A DNA stretch of 64,000 bases from an uncultured Gemmatimonadaceae bacterium (GTDB taxonomy: Bacteria; Gemmatimonadota; Gemmatimonadetes; Gemmatimonadales; Gemmatimonadaceae). Below the pieces are notes generated by a model that saw only the letters and a program-made list of their open reading frames with translations, was not told the origin of the DNA and did not search any database. Positions 42,999 through 53,438 of this stretch are shown here, one piece after another (the stretch's first letter is position 1; the number at the start of each line of letters is the position of its first letter). The position numbers were made by a program, and so were the translations under genes. Where the stretch lies: the NCBI GenBank assembly GCA_963751275.1, contig CAVVTZ010000011.1, positions 32,001-96,000 of the forward strand. Reading direction: 5' to 3'.

Positions 42999-44786
42999 AT
43001 GCCCGAACTCGAAGAGAAGTCCGTCGACATCGACACCCCGAAGAAGGATCCGCTGAAGGGCCAGCTCCGCCTGCTCGCGCACGGCGACAATCGCTGGGAC
43101 GACGACGAATATTCCGCCGACGAAGAAGCGGCGATGATCGAGTTGTACGCCGGGACCCTCGCCTCCATCGATGAAGGCGAGATCGTCAAGAGCACGGTCC
43201 TGGAGATCCGCGACAACATGGTCATCCTCGACATCGGCTTCAAGTCCGAGGGCGCGGTGCCGTTGGAGGAGTTCAAGGACTTCCCCGACCTCAAGCCCGG
43301 CGACGAAGTCGAGGTCCTGCTCGAGCATCTCGAGGACAACGAAGGCTCGGTCGTCCTCTCCAAGAAGAAAGCCGACTTCATGCGCGTGTGGGAGAAGATC
43401 CGCATGGCGTACGAGTCGGACCAGCCGGTGGAAGGCACCCTGGTCAAGAAGATCAAGGGCGGCGTGGTCGTGGACCTCATGGGCGTCGACGCGTTCCTCC
43501 CCGGGTCGCAGATCGCGCTCCGCCGCGTGCCGAACATCGACGAGCTCCTCGGCCAGAAGTACGAGTTCAAGATCATCAAGCTCAACAAGCGCCGCCGGAA
43601 CATCGTCGTCTCGCGCCGCGTGATCCTGGAAGTCGAGCGCGCCGGCAAGCGCGAGCGGCTCATGAAGGAGCTGCAGAAGGACCAGATCCGGAAGGGCGTG
43701 GTCAAGAACATCACCGACTTCGGCGCGTTCATCGATCTCGGCGGCGTGGACGGACTCCTCCACATCACCGACATGTCGTGGGGCCGCATCTCGCACCCGT
43801 CGGAGATGGTGCAGATCGGCGCTGAGCTCGAGGTCAAGATCCTGGATATCGATTGGGAGCGCGAGCGCATTTCGCTCGGCCTCAAGCAGCTCCAGAGCTA
43901 TCCGTGGAAGGACGTCGCCGAGAAGTACCCGGTGGGCACACGCGTCCAGGGCAAGGTGGTGTCGATCACGAACTACGGCGCGTTCATCGAGCTCGAGCCT
44001 GGCATCGAGGGGCTCGTGCACATCAGCGAGATGAGCTGGACGCGCAACGTGCGCCACCCGAGCAAGCTCGTGTCGATCGGGGAAGTGATCGAGGCGGTGG
44101 TGCTCAAGGTCGATCCGAACGAGGAGAAGATCTCGCTCGGCATGAAGCAGACCGAGCAGGATCCGTGGGTCGTGCTGCCGTACAAGTACCCGGTGGGCAC
44201 GCGCCTCAACGGCAAGGTGCGCAACCTGACGTCGTTCGGCGCCTTCGTGGAGATCGAGCCGGGCATCGACGGCCTGATTCACATCTCCGACATGAGCTGG
44301 ACCAAGCGCGTCCAGCACCCGTCGGAAGTCGTGAAGAAGGGCGATGCGGTGGATGTCGTCATCCTCAACATCGACGCCGACAACAAGCGGATCTCGCTCG
44401 GCCTCAAGCAGGCCGTGGAGGATCCGTGGCTCAAGATCGGCGAGACCTACCCGGTGGGCACCGATCTGCCGGGCAAGGTCGTTCGCTTGATGGACAAGGG
44501 CGTGGTCGTCGACATCGGCAACGATATCGAAGGCTTCGTGCCGATCTCGCAGTTGAGCGTCGGCAAGCCCGTCACGAATCCGGCGGACGCGGTGTACGAG
44601 ACGATGAATCTCGACCTGCGCATCCTCGAGGTGGACCCGATCCACCGCCGCATCGTGCTCGCCGTCACCAACGTCCCCGAAGACCAGCCGCCGCGCCCGG
44701 AGACGCCATCGAAGGTGATCCCGATGGAGTCCGAGGAAGCGATCGTGGAAGTGCCGGCGGATGCGATGGACCAGATCGACGAGTAA
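42999..44786 (+). CDS. rpsA: 30S ribosomal protein S1
   Basis: Six S1 domains (DIGFKSEG, FLPGSQI, DGLLHITDMSW). Confidence 0.97.
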   Translation: MPELEEKSVDIDTPKKDPLKGQLRLLAHGDNRWDDDEYSADEEAAMIELYAGTLASIDEGEIVKSTVLEIRDNMVILDIGFKSEGAVPLEEFKDFPDLKPGDEVEVLLEHLEDNEGSVVLSKKKADFMRVWEKIRMAYESDQPVEGTLVKKIKGGVVVDLMGVDAFLPGSQIALRRVPNIDELLGQKYEFKIIKLNKRRRNIVVSRRVILEVERAGKRERLMKELQKDQIRKGVVKNITDFGAFIDLGGVDGLLHITDMSWGRISHPSEMVQIGAELEVKILDIDWERERISLGLKQLQSYPWKDVAEKYPVGTRVQGKVVSITNYGAFIELEPGIEGLVHISEMSWTRNVRHPSKLVSIGEVIEAVVLKVDPNEEKISLGMKQTEQDPWVVLPYKYPVGTRLNGKVRNLTSFGAFVEIEPGIDGLIHISDMSWTKRVQHPSEVVKKGDAVDVVILNIDADNKRISLGLKQAVEDPWLKIGETYPVGTDLPGKVVRLMDKGVVVDIGNDIEGFVPISQLSVGKPVTNPADAVYETMNLDLRILEVDPIHRRIVLAVTNVPEDQPPRPETPSKVIPMESEEAIVEVPADAMDQIDE

Positions 44787-44795
44787 CGGAACTTC

Positions 44796-44903
44796 GCGGG
44801 AAGCGGGAAGCGGGAAGCGCCGCGGGACGCGAGAACGAACGAGGAGCCCTCGTCTGTTCTCGCATTCCGCGGCGCTTCCCGCTTCCCGCTTCCCGCTTCC
44901 CGC
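44796..44903. repeat. Palindrome with (GGGAAGC)n heptamer arms
   Basis: GGGAAGC x3, internal stem, GCTTCCC x4. Confidence 0.9.
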
Positions 44904-44957
44904 ATTCGTGAGGCGCACGCTCGCGGCCAACAGGCTCCCTCGCTAGGTTCTAGCTCC

Positions 44958-46509
44958 ATGAGCATGCGAGAAAAGCTCGATCTCCTCGAGAAACGCCGCG
45001 CCGAGTCCGAGCTGGGCGGCGGCGCGCAGCGCCTCAAGGCGCAGCACGACAAAGGCAAGCTCTCCGCGCGCGAGCGGCTCGATGTGCTCCTCGATGAAGG
45101 GTCGTTCGTCGAGCTCGACCGCTTCGTCGTCCACCGCTCCTCCGATTTCGGCCTCGAGGACCAGCGCCCCTACGGCGACGGCGTCGTCACCGGCTATGGG
45201 CGCATCGCACGGGCAGCTCGTCTACGTCTTCTCGCAGGACTTCACCGTCTTCGGCGGCTCGCTCTCCGAGTCGCACGCCGAGAAGATCTGCAAGGTGATG
45301 GACCTCGCGGTGCGCAACGGCGCGCCGGTGATCGGGCTCAACGATTCCGGCGGCGCGCGCATCCAGGAGGGCGTCGTGTCGCTCGGCGGCTACGCCGAGA
45401 TCTTCAAGCGCAACACGCTCGCGAGCGGCGTCGTGCCGCAGATCTCGGCGATCCTCGGGCCCTGCGCCGGCGGCGCGGTGTATTCGCCGGCGATCACCGA
45501 CTTCGTGTACATGGTGCGCGGCACGTCGTTCATGTTCGTGACCGGCCCCAACGTGGTGAAGACGGTGACGCATGAGGACGTGACCATGGAGCAGCTCGGC
45601 GGCGCCGATACCCACGCCAGCATGTCGGGCGTCGCGCACTTCGCGCACGATTCGGAGTTCGCCTGCTTGAACGCAGTGCGCGAGATACTGCGGTTCATTC
45701 CTCCGAATAACCTGGCCGAGGCGCCCCGAGGTCCCGGGAGCGATCCGCGTGATCGTCGCGATGAAGCGCTATTGGACATTGTGCCCGATAATGCTGGTAA
45801 GCCGTACGACATGCACGAGGTGCTGCGCCGCGTGGTGGATGACGGCGAGTTCTACGAGGTGCATCGCGACTACGCGCGCAACATTCTCTGCGGCTTCGCG
45901 CATCTCGGCGGGATATCGGTGGGCATCGTGGCGAATCAGCCGGCGGTGCTGGCCGGCGTGCTCGACATCGACGCGAGCGTCAAGGCGGCGCGCTTCATCC
46001 GCTTCTGCGATGCCTTCAACATCCCGATCATCACGTTCGAGGATGTGCCCGGATTCCTGCCGGGGGTCGCGCAGGAGCATCACGGCATCATCCGTCACGG
46101 GGCCAAGCTGCTCTACGCCTACTGCGAGGCGACGGTCCCGAAGCTCACGGTCATCACGCGCAAGGCGTACGGCGGCGCCTACGACGTCATGAGCAGCAAG
46201 CACATCCGCGGTGACTTCAATCTCGCGTGGCCCACCGCCGAGATCGCGGTGATGGGGCCCAAGGGCGCGGTGGAGATCCTCTTCCGCAAGGAGATCGCCG
46301 AGAGCAAGGACCAGGACGCCGCCACCGAACAGAAGATCAACGAGTACCGCGAGAAGTTCGCGCATCCGTACATCGCGGCCGGCCGCGGCTATCTCGATGA
46401 CATCATCGACCCGCGCGAGACGCGGCCGCGCCTGATCGATGCGCTCGAGACGCTGCGTGCCAAGCGCGACCGCAATCCGCCGAAGAAGCATGGCAACATC
46501 CCGCTCTGA
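44958..46509 (+). CDS. pccB: Acyl-CoA (propionyl-CoA) carboxylase beta subunit; frameshift near 45208
   Basis: [43 protein letters not shown]. Confidence 0.93.
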
Positions 46510-47015
46510 TGCCGCGTCCCAGCAGCACGCTCCACATCGGCGACACCGCACCGACCTTCAGGCTCACGGACGCCCAGAACGGGGAACCGACATTGCTCGC
46601 GGAGCTGCTGCGTGAGCGCAGCGGTCTGCTGCTCGTGTTCCATCGCGGCTTCTGGTGACCCAATTGCCGCGGGCAGCTCGGGGAGCTGCGTGACGAATGG
46701 CCGCAGTACGAGCGCGCGACGATCGGCATCGCGGCGGTCCTGCCGCAGGCATGCGATCGCATGGCCGAGGCCATCAGGGAATCGAAGAAGGGCTACCCCT
46801 TCCCGATGCTGTGCGATGAGGATCGCGCCGTGATCAAGAAGTACGGCGTATGGCATCCGGTCGGGATCGACGCGTTCAATACGGCGCACCCCGCGTGCTT
46901 CCTCATCGACGCCAAGCGGAAAGTGCGCTTCAGCTTCGTGGGTCGCACGCAGTTCTCGCGCGCCCCGCTCGAGAAGATCCTCGCGACCGCCCTGGAGCCG
47001 CGCGGTGTTCGATAA
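46509..47015 (+). CDS. AhpC/TSA (peroxiredoxin-like) selenoprotein, 168 aa, Sec at codon 50
   Basis: ATG 46509 reads [19 protein letters not shown]...LLVFHRGFW-TGA(46656)-PNCRGQL and continues in frame into ORF 46761-47015. Confidence 0.85.
46659..46692 (+). promoter_or_regulatory. Candidate bacterial SECIS element
   Basis: Stem GCAGCTC(46673-79)/GAGCTGC(46683-89) with a G-rich apical loop about 22 nt after the UGA. Confidence 0.65.
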
Positions 47016-48516
47016 GGTCCTGATCGCCAACCGCGGAGAGATCGCGCTGCGCATCGTGCGCGCCTGCCAGGAGATGGGGCTGCGGTCGGTGGCGGTGTAC
47101 AGCGAACCCGACGCCGGCGCGCCGCACGTGCGCGAGGCCGACGAAGCGGTGGCCATCGGCCCGGCGTCGTCGAGCGAGAGCTATCTGCGCGCCGACAAAC
47201 TGATCGAGGCGGCGAAGCGCACCGGTGCGGGGGCGATCCACCCGGGCTACGGATTCCTCGCCGAACGCGAGCATTTCGCGCGCGCGGTGCGCGACGCGGG
47301 CCTGGTGTTCGTCGGTCCGCCGCCGGAAGCGATCGCGGCGCTCGGCAGCAAGACGGCGGCGCGCACGCTGGTGACGCAGGCCGGAGTATCCGTCGTGCCC
47401 GGCACGGCGGAACCGCTGCGCGACGCGGCGGAAGCCGCGCGCATCGCGAAGACATTCGGGTACCCCGTGTTGCTGAAGGCGGCGGCGGGCGGCGGAGGGA
47501 AGGGCATGCGCGTCGTGAAGACGGAAGGCGAACTCGCCGGCGCGCTCGACAGCGCGCGGCGCGAGGCGAAGAACGCCTTCGGCGACGATGCGGTGTACGT
47601 CGAGAAATTCATCTCGGGGCCGCGCCACGTGGAGATCCAGGTGCTCGGCGACACGCACGGCACCATGCTGTCACTCGGCGAGCGCGAATGCTCCGTGCAG
47701 CGGCGCCACCAGAAGATGATCGAGGAGGCGCCCAGCGTCGCCGTCACGCCCGAGCTGCGGAAGCGGATGGGCGAGACCGCGGTGAAGGCGGCGCGCGCGG
47801 CGGGTTACGTGAACGCCGGCACGTGCGAGTTCCTGCTCGATCGCGACGGCAATTTCTACTTTCTGGAGATGAACACGCGGCTCCAGGTGGAACATCCGGT
47901 CACCGAACTCGTGACGGGTATCGACATCGTGCAGTGGCAGCTGCGCATCGCGCGCGGCGAGCGGCTGCCCTTCACGCAGGAACAGTTGGCGCCGCGCGGC
48001 TGGGCCATCGAGTGCCGCATCACGAGCGAGGATCCCTCGAACGACTTCCTGCCGTCCACGGGCCGCATCTCGTACTTGCGTCTCCCCGGCGGACCGGGCG
48101 TGCGGTGGGATGGCGGCATCGGCATCGGCACCGAAGTGGGCCTCCATTACGACCCCATGCTCGCCAAGCTCATCGTGTGGGCGCCCACGCGCGATGCCGC
48201 GATCGCGCGCATGCACCGCGCGCTGCTCGAGTTGACGGTGGAAGGCGTCGAGACCTCGCGCGATTTCCATCTGCGCGTGATGGAAGATGACGACTTCCGG
48301 AAGGGCGCGATCGACATCCAGTGGCTCGAGCGCCGCCTCGCTTCGCTCACCGGTGTTGCGCCTCCGCCCGGCGGCGATCTCGCCGCCGCGATCGCCGCCG
48401 CGCTGTTAGCGGAGGAGGAGCGCACGATGCGGCGTATCCCTTCTACGTCCTCATCTCCGGACGCTGGCAGTGGCGCCTGGCAGCTCGCCGCCCGCCGCGA
48501 GGCCCTGCGCGAATGA
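47005..48516 (+). CDS. accC: Biotin carboxylase
   Basis: KVLIANRGEIA, HPGYGFLAE, GGGGKGMR, EMNTRLQVEHPVTE. Confidence 0.95.
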   Translation: MFDKVLIANRGEIALRIVRACQEMGLRSVAVYSEPDAGAPHVREADEAVAIGPASSSESYLRADKLIEAAKRTGAGAIHPGYGFLAEREHFARAVRDAGLVFVGPPPEAIAALGSKTAARTLVTQAGVSVVPGTAEPLRDAAEAARIAKTFGYPVLLKAAAGGGGKGMRVVKTEGELAGALDSARREAKNAFGDDAVYVEKFISGPRHVEIQVLGDTHGTMLSLGERECSVQRRHQKMIEEAPSVAVTPELRKRMGETAVKAARAAGYVNAGTCEFLLDRDGNFYFLEMNTRLQVEHPVTELVTGIDIVQWQLRIARGERLPFTQEQLAPRGWAIECRITSEDPSNDFLPSTGRISYLRLPGGPGVRWDGGIGIGTEVGLHYDPMLAKLIVWAPTRDAAIARMHRALLELTVEGVETSRDFHLRVMEDDDFRKGAIDIQWLERRLASLTGVAPPPGGDLAAAIAAALLAEEERTMRRIPSTSSSPDAGSGAWQLAARREALRE

Positions 48517-48557
48517 GGACCCACCGCCGTTCACCTTCAGTCGTCAGTCGTCAGTCG

Positions 48558-49786
48558 ATGTCCGCCGTCATGGACGTCACCGCCATCGCCGCCGGCGGCG
48601 ACGGCGTCGCTCGCCACGAGGGACTCGTGGTCTTCACACCGCGCACCGCGCCCGGCGACCGCGCGCAGATCGACTTCCTGCCGGGTCCGCGATTCGCGCG
48701 CGGCGCGCTGCGCTCGCTCGAGACACGCGTCGGCCGGATCGCGTGGAGCCGGCCTGCGCGCACTACACGCGCGACAAGTGCGGCGGCTGTCAGATCCAGC
48801 ATCTCGCGTACGACGCGCAGCGCGCCGTGAAGGCGCGCATCGTCAGCGATTCGCTTCAACGCATCGGCCATCGCGACGTGGCGCCGCCGGAAGTGCGCCC
48901 GTCGCCGTCGCCCTGGCGCTACCGCGACAAGCTCACCCTCGCGATGCGCCGCCGTGGCGCGCAGTGGTACGCGGGGCTGCACCCGTACGACGCGCCGGGC
49001 CGGGTGTTCGCGCTGGCCGATTGCCCGATCACCGACGAGCGGGTGCTGGCCGTGTGGCGCGACGTGCTCGCGCACGGCGCCGATCTCCCGGACGCGCTGG
49101 AGCTGCGCGGCGCCGTGCGGCTCGAAGGCGACGCCGCGTCGTTCGCGCTCGAGGGCGGCGTGTCGTGGCCGGCGAGCGAGAAGTTCTTCGCGCGCGTGGC
49201 GTCCATCGCGTCCCTCTGGTGGACGCCGGAGGGCGGAGCGCGGCGCCGGATCGGCCATCGCGGCGCCGATGCGGCGCCAGGCGCATCGTTCGCGCAGGTG
49301 AACGCCGCGCTGGCGCCGGCGCTGCAGCGCCACGCGCTCGAGCGCGCCATGGCGCATCGGCCCGCCACGCTCGTGGATGCCTACGCCGGACTCGGCGACA
49401 CCGCCGCGGGTGCGGCGCAGGCGGGGGTGCGCGTGACGGCGATCGAGCTGGACGAGGACGCCGCCGCGTGGTGCGCGAAGCGTCTCCCGCCGGGCTCGCG
49501 CGTGGTCGCGGCCCGCGTCGAGGACATGCTCGAAGGCGCGCTGCCGGCCGACGTCGTGGTGCTCAACCCGCCGCGCGCCGGCGTGGACGCCGCGGTGACC
49601 GCGCTCCTCGAGACCGGCGCCGGCGCGACGCGCGCCGTGATCTATGTGAGCTGCGATCCCGCGACACTCGCGCGCGACCTCGCGCGCATGCCGCGCTGGC
49701 GCATCGCGTCGCTGGTCTGCTTCGATATGTTCCCGCAGACCGCGCACGTCGAGACCGTGTGCGAACTCGTGCCGGAGGTCGCGTGA
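48558..49786 (+). CDS. RlmD/TrmA-family RNA (m5U) methyltransferase; frameshift near 48727
   Basis: TRAM domain, C..CGGC, SFAQVN, NPPRAG, YVSCDPATLARD, DMFPQTAHVE. Confidence 0.9.
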
Positions 49787-50283
49787 AGTACATCGTGGAC
49801 GTGCGCGGCACGCGGATCACCGTCGATCTCGAGCCCGGCCTCGCGTCGGTGGATGGCGTTCAGTCTCCCGCCGCATTGCGCGCCGTGGAGGGCACGCCGG
49901 TGCGGCTCGTCACGATCGGCACCGCGGTGCACCGCGTGGTGGTGCGCCGCCGCGCCGGCCGCGGCGCCTACACGCTCTGGATCGATGGATTCAGCTATGA
50001 CGTGGAGGCGCTCGACGAGCGCACCCGCACGATCCGCGATCTCACCGCCGCCGCCGCGGGACCCGCCGGCCCCGTGCCGCTGCTCGCGCCGATGCCGGGT
50101 CTCGTCGTCCGCGTCAATGTGAAGGCCGGCGACACCGTGGAGGCCGGCCAGGGGCTCATCGTGATGGAAGCGATGAAGATGGAGAACGAACTCCGCGCGC
50201 AGGGTGCCGGCGTCGTGAAGGCCGTGCGCGTCGCCCCCGGCGATGCGGTGGAAAAGGGCGCCACTCTCGTGGAAATGGAGTGA
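49783..50283 (+). CDS. Biotin carboxyl carrier protein
   Basis: APMPG and EAMKM biotinylation motif. Confidence 0.92.
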   Translation: MKYIVDVRGTRITVDLEPGLASVDGVQSPAALRAVEGTPVRLVTIGTAVHRVVVRRRAGRGAYTLWIDGFSYDVEALDERTRTIRDLTAAAAGPAGPVPLLAPMPGLVVRVNVKAGDTVEAGQGLIVMEAMKMENELRAQGAGVVKAVRVAPGDAVEKGATLVEME

Positions 50284-50380
50284 GCCGCGGGCCGCAACGT
50301 CCGAGCCGTCCGCCGCGTTCTATTGATATCTTTCAGCGCTTCATCGCACTGCCCAAACTCCAAACGCTCCGGAGCCACAC

Positions 50381-51163
50381 ATGAAGGTCGGACGCACCGC
50401 CGCTGTCGCTCTCGCGCTCACCGTGCTCGCGAGTCTCGCTCCCGCGCAGTCCGCGTTCGGCGGATTCTATGTCGGAGCGACCGCCGGCTATGGCTACGGG
50501 TCGATGAAGACGACGGAGCAGGTGAGTGACACCGGCGGGGACTACTTCGCCGAGTCCAGCCTTGGCGCGATCAACGCGGCCGGCGCGCACAGCGCGAACC
50601 CCGGGAGCGTCACCGGCGGGATCACCGCGGGCTACAGCCTCGTCGCCAAGAACTGGCTGCTCGGCTTCGAAGTGGACTACAGCGCATTGAGCATGAGCAC
50701 GTCGTCGAGCACGACGCAGACCTATCCCTGCTGCGACGCGCAGTTCACCATCGACCAGTCGGTGAAGGCCAGCTCACTCGGCACCGTCCGGCTCCGCTTT
50801 GGCTACGTGGAGCCCCAGTGGCTGTTCTACGGCACCGGCGGGATCACCTTCGGCACGGTGAAGTACACAGAGCACTTCACCGATACGTACGCGGACGCCG
50901 ATGAGTCCGCGTCGAAGTCCTCGGCGCAGACGGGCTGGACGGCCGGCGCCGGCGCCGAGTACCTCCTCGCGCCCGCGAGCAAATGGTCGGTGAAGGCGGA
51001 GTACCTGTACGCCAGCCTCGGGACCATGACCGGCACGAGCAACAGCCTGACCGCGTCTGACGGTGAGGACGGCCGGACTTCCTTCCCGGCCGTGACGTTC
51101 ACGCACACGGCCGCAGTGAGCATGAACCTGATCCGGGTGGGGATCAACTACCACTTTCGGTAG
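50381..51163 (+). CDS. Outer-membrane beta-barrel protein (Omp25/Omp31-like)
   Basis: Signal peptide, GFYVGATAGYG, GWTAGAGAEY, WSVKAEYLY, RVGINYHF. Confidence 0.85.
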   Translation: MKVGRTAAVALALTVLASLAPAQSAFGGFYVGATAGYGYGSMKTTEQVSDTGGDYFAESSLGAINAAGAHSANPGSVTGGITAGYSLVAKNWLLGFEVDYSALSMSTSSSTTQTYPCCDAQFTIDQSVKASSLGTVRLRFGYVEPQWLFYGTGGITFGTVKYTEHFTDTYADADESASKSSAQTGWTAGAGAEYLLAPASKWSVKAEYLYASLGTMTGTSNSLTASDGEDGRTSFPAVTFTHTAAVSMNLIRVGINYHFR

Positions 51164-51175
51164 CCCCGGGGAGTA

Positions 51176-51314
51176 GAACCCCGAACGCCGCTATTCGAAC
51201 CTCGAACCGCGTCATTGGTCCCCCGAACGCCGTTAGTAACGAGGGGTTCGTAGTAACACGAACCCCTCGTTACTAACGGCGTTCGGGGGACCAATCACGC
51301 AGTTCGGGGCGTTC
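51176..51314. repeat. Long palindrome, family A copy 2
   Basis: ATTGGTCCCCCGAACGCCGTTAGTAACGAGGGGTTCGT and its inverted copy. Confidence 0.9.
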
Positions 51315-51316
51315 CG

Positions 51317-51345
51317 TTGACACGACCTAACTCCTTAACTAGCTT
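51317..51345 (+). promoter_or_regulatory. Promoter of rplM-rpsI
   Basis: TTGACA-N17-TAGCTT. Confidence 0.75.
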
Positions 51346-51380
51346 AAGTGTCTGTAGAAAAAAGGCCCCTAAGGAACTTT

Positions 51381-51830
51381 ATGAAGACTTTCTCCGCTAA
51401 ACCGACCGATATCACCGCGAACTGGTTCGTGGTCGACGCCGAGGATCTCGTCCTCGGACGCCTGGCCACCGAAGTCGCGCGCATCATCCGCGGCAAGCAC
51501 AAGCCGATCTTCACGCCCCACATGGACACCGGCGATCACGTCATCGTGATCAACGCCTCCAAGGTGAAGGTCACCGGCCGCAAGGCGGAGCAGAAGCGCT
51601 ACTTCCGGCACACCGGCTACATGGGTCACGAGCGCTTCACGCCGTACGCGTCCATGCTGGCCAAGCACCCGGAGCGCGTGATCGAGAAGGCGGTGTTCGG
51701 CATGCTGCCGAAAACCGCGCTCGGCCGCCAAAAGCTCCGTCTCAAGCTCAAGGTCTACGCGGGCGCCGAGCATCCGCACGTCGCGCAGCAGCCGAAGGTC
51801 CTCAACCTCAAGAACAGCGAGAGCAAGTGA
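51381..51830 (+). CDS. rplM: 50S ribosomal protein L13
   Basis: [27 protein letters not shown]. Confidence 0.97.
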   Translation: MKTFSAKPTDITANWFVVDAEDLVLGRLATEVARIIRGKHKPIFTPHMDTGDHVIVINASKVKVTGRKAEQKRYFRHTGYMGHERFTPYASMLAKHPERVIEKAVFGMLPKTALGRQKLRLKLKVYAGAEHPHVAQQPKVLNLKNSESK

Positions 51831-52219
51831 TGGCTGACGTCACGCACGCGATCGGACGGCGCAAGGAAAGCGTCTGCCGCATCTATCTTCGGCCGGGTTC
51901 GGGCAAGTGGGATGTCAACGGGCGCACGCTCGGCGATTACTTCCCGCGGCCCACGCTCGTGTCGTCGATCCAGCAGCCGTTCACCATCACCGACAACCTC
52001 GGCCGCTGGGACGTGAAGGCGACCATCGAGGGGGGCGGGGTGAGCGGTCAGGCGGGTGCGCTGCGGCTCGCCGCCGCGCGCGCGCTGGTCAAGATCGACG
52101 AAGTGCACCGTCGCAAGCTGCGTGACCTCGGGCTCCTGACGCGCGATGCGCGCGCCGTGGAGCGCAAGAAGCCGGGCCGTCCGAAGGCGCGCAAGCGGTT
52201 CCAGTTCAGCAAGCGGTAA
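51830..52219 (+). CDS. rpsI: 30S ribosomal protein S9
   Basis: GRRK, GGGVSGQAGA, RKRFQFSKR. Confidence 0.97.
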   Translation: MADVTHAIGRRKESVCRIYLRPGSGKWDVNGRTLGDYFPRPTLVSSIQQPFTITDNLGRWDVKATIEGGGVSGQAGALRLAAARALVKIDEVHRRKLRDLGLLTRDARAVERKKPGRPKARKRFQFSKR

Positions 52220-52266
52220 CCAGTTCACTCGCGGAGAGCGATGGACTGTCCATCGCTCCCGCGCAT

Positions 52267-52348
52267 CTCACACGTTCCCCGAGCTGCGGTGGGGGTGCCG
52301 GGTTCCGCCCGGTCCACCAAGGCGCCGACGGGAACGGCGGACTCAACC
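52267..52348 (+). ncRNA. rpsB (S2) leader, t44-like RNA
   Basis: CACACGTTCCC...GGGGTGCC...GGGAACG..AACC matches the t44/S2 leader architecture; directly upstream of rpsB. Confidence 0.75.
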
Positions 52349-52367
52349 AGGAAGGAAGAAAACCAGA

Positions 52368-53282
52368 ATGACGTCACCCACCCTCGAGCAATTGCTCGCT
52401 GCCGGGGTCCACTTCGGGCACCAGACCCGCCGTTGGAATCCCAAGATGCGCCGGTTCATCTTCGCCGAGCGCAACGGCATCCACATCATCGACCTGCAGA
52501 AGACGCTCCGTCAGATCGACCTCGCGCAGAAGATGTGCCGCGACACGATCCTGAAGGGCGACAGCGTGCTCTTCGTCTGCACCAAGAAGCAGCTGAAGGG
52601 GATCGTGCAGGCCGAGGCCGAGAAGTGCGGCGCGATGTTCGTGACCGAACGCTGGCTCGGCGGCCTCCTCACCAACTTCCAGACGGTGAAGAAGCAGATC
52701 CGCCGCCTGAAGGACCTCGAGGCGGGGAGTGAGGAAGGCGGCGAGTTCGGGAACTACACGAAGAAAGAGCAGCTCATGATGAACCGGGAGAAGGAGAAGC
52801 TGGCCAAGTATCTCTCGGGCATCAAGAACATGGGCCGCCTGCCGGGCCTCATGATCGTGATCGACTCCCGCAAGGAGAAGATCGCGGTCACGGAAGCGAA
52901 CAAGCTGCATATCCCGATCGTCGCGATCGTCGATACGAACGCGGATCCGGACCTGATCACGGTGCCGATCGCGGGCAACGACGACGCGATCCGGAGCGTG
53001 GAGCTGATCACGCAGACGCTGGCCGACGCGATCGGGGATGCCCGCCGCGAGGCGCCGAAGCACGATGAGCTCGAGGATGAAGAAGGCGCGACGACGTACA
53101 GCTCCGACCGCGGCAGCGAGCCGGCCGACGAAGGCGACCGCAAGCGCCGCAAGCGCACGCGCCGCCGCCGGGCCAAGCCGGAAGCGATCGCCGCGCGACT
53201 GAAGACGGGAGAGCCGGGTGAGCCGGCCGCGGATGCGGCCGATTCCTCCGAGGCTGGAACAACCGAAGACGCAGCCGAGTAG
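52368..53282 (+). CDS. rpsB: 30S ribosomal protein S2
   Basis: AGVHFGHQTRRWNPKM, RWLGGLLTNF, GNDDAIRS. Confidence 0.97.
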   Translation: MTSPTLEQLLAAGVHFGHQTRRWNPKMRRFIFAERNGIHIIDLQKTLRQIDLAQKMCRDTILKGDSVLFVCTKKQLKGIVQAEAEKCGAMFVTERWLGGLLTNFQTVKKQIRRLKDLEAGSEEGGEFGNYTKKEQLMMNREKEKLAKYLSGIKNMGRLPGLMIVIDSRKEKIAVTEANKLHIPIVAIVDTNADPDLITVPIAGNDDAIRSVELITQTLADAIGDARREAPKHDELEDEEGATTYSSDRGSEPADEGDRKRRKRTRRRRAKPEAIAARLKTGEPGEPAADAADSSEAGTTEDAAE

Positions 53283-53438
53283 ACGCGGCTGCACCCGGGG
53301 ACTCGTGCCGGGCCGACTTATTTGGTAAACTGTCTACGCCGCCGGCCTCTCGCCGGCGGCGTTCTCACGAGGAACCACGCGGCGCCGCCGGCTCGGCCGG
53401 CGCACCGCTTCGCATCACGCCACGGGCGTGCAGGACGA

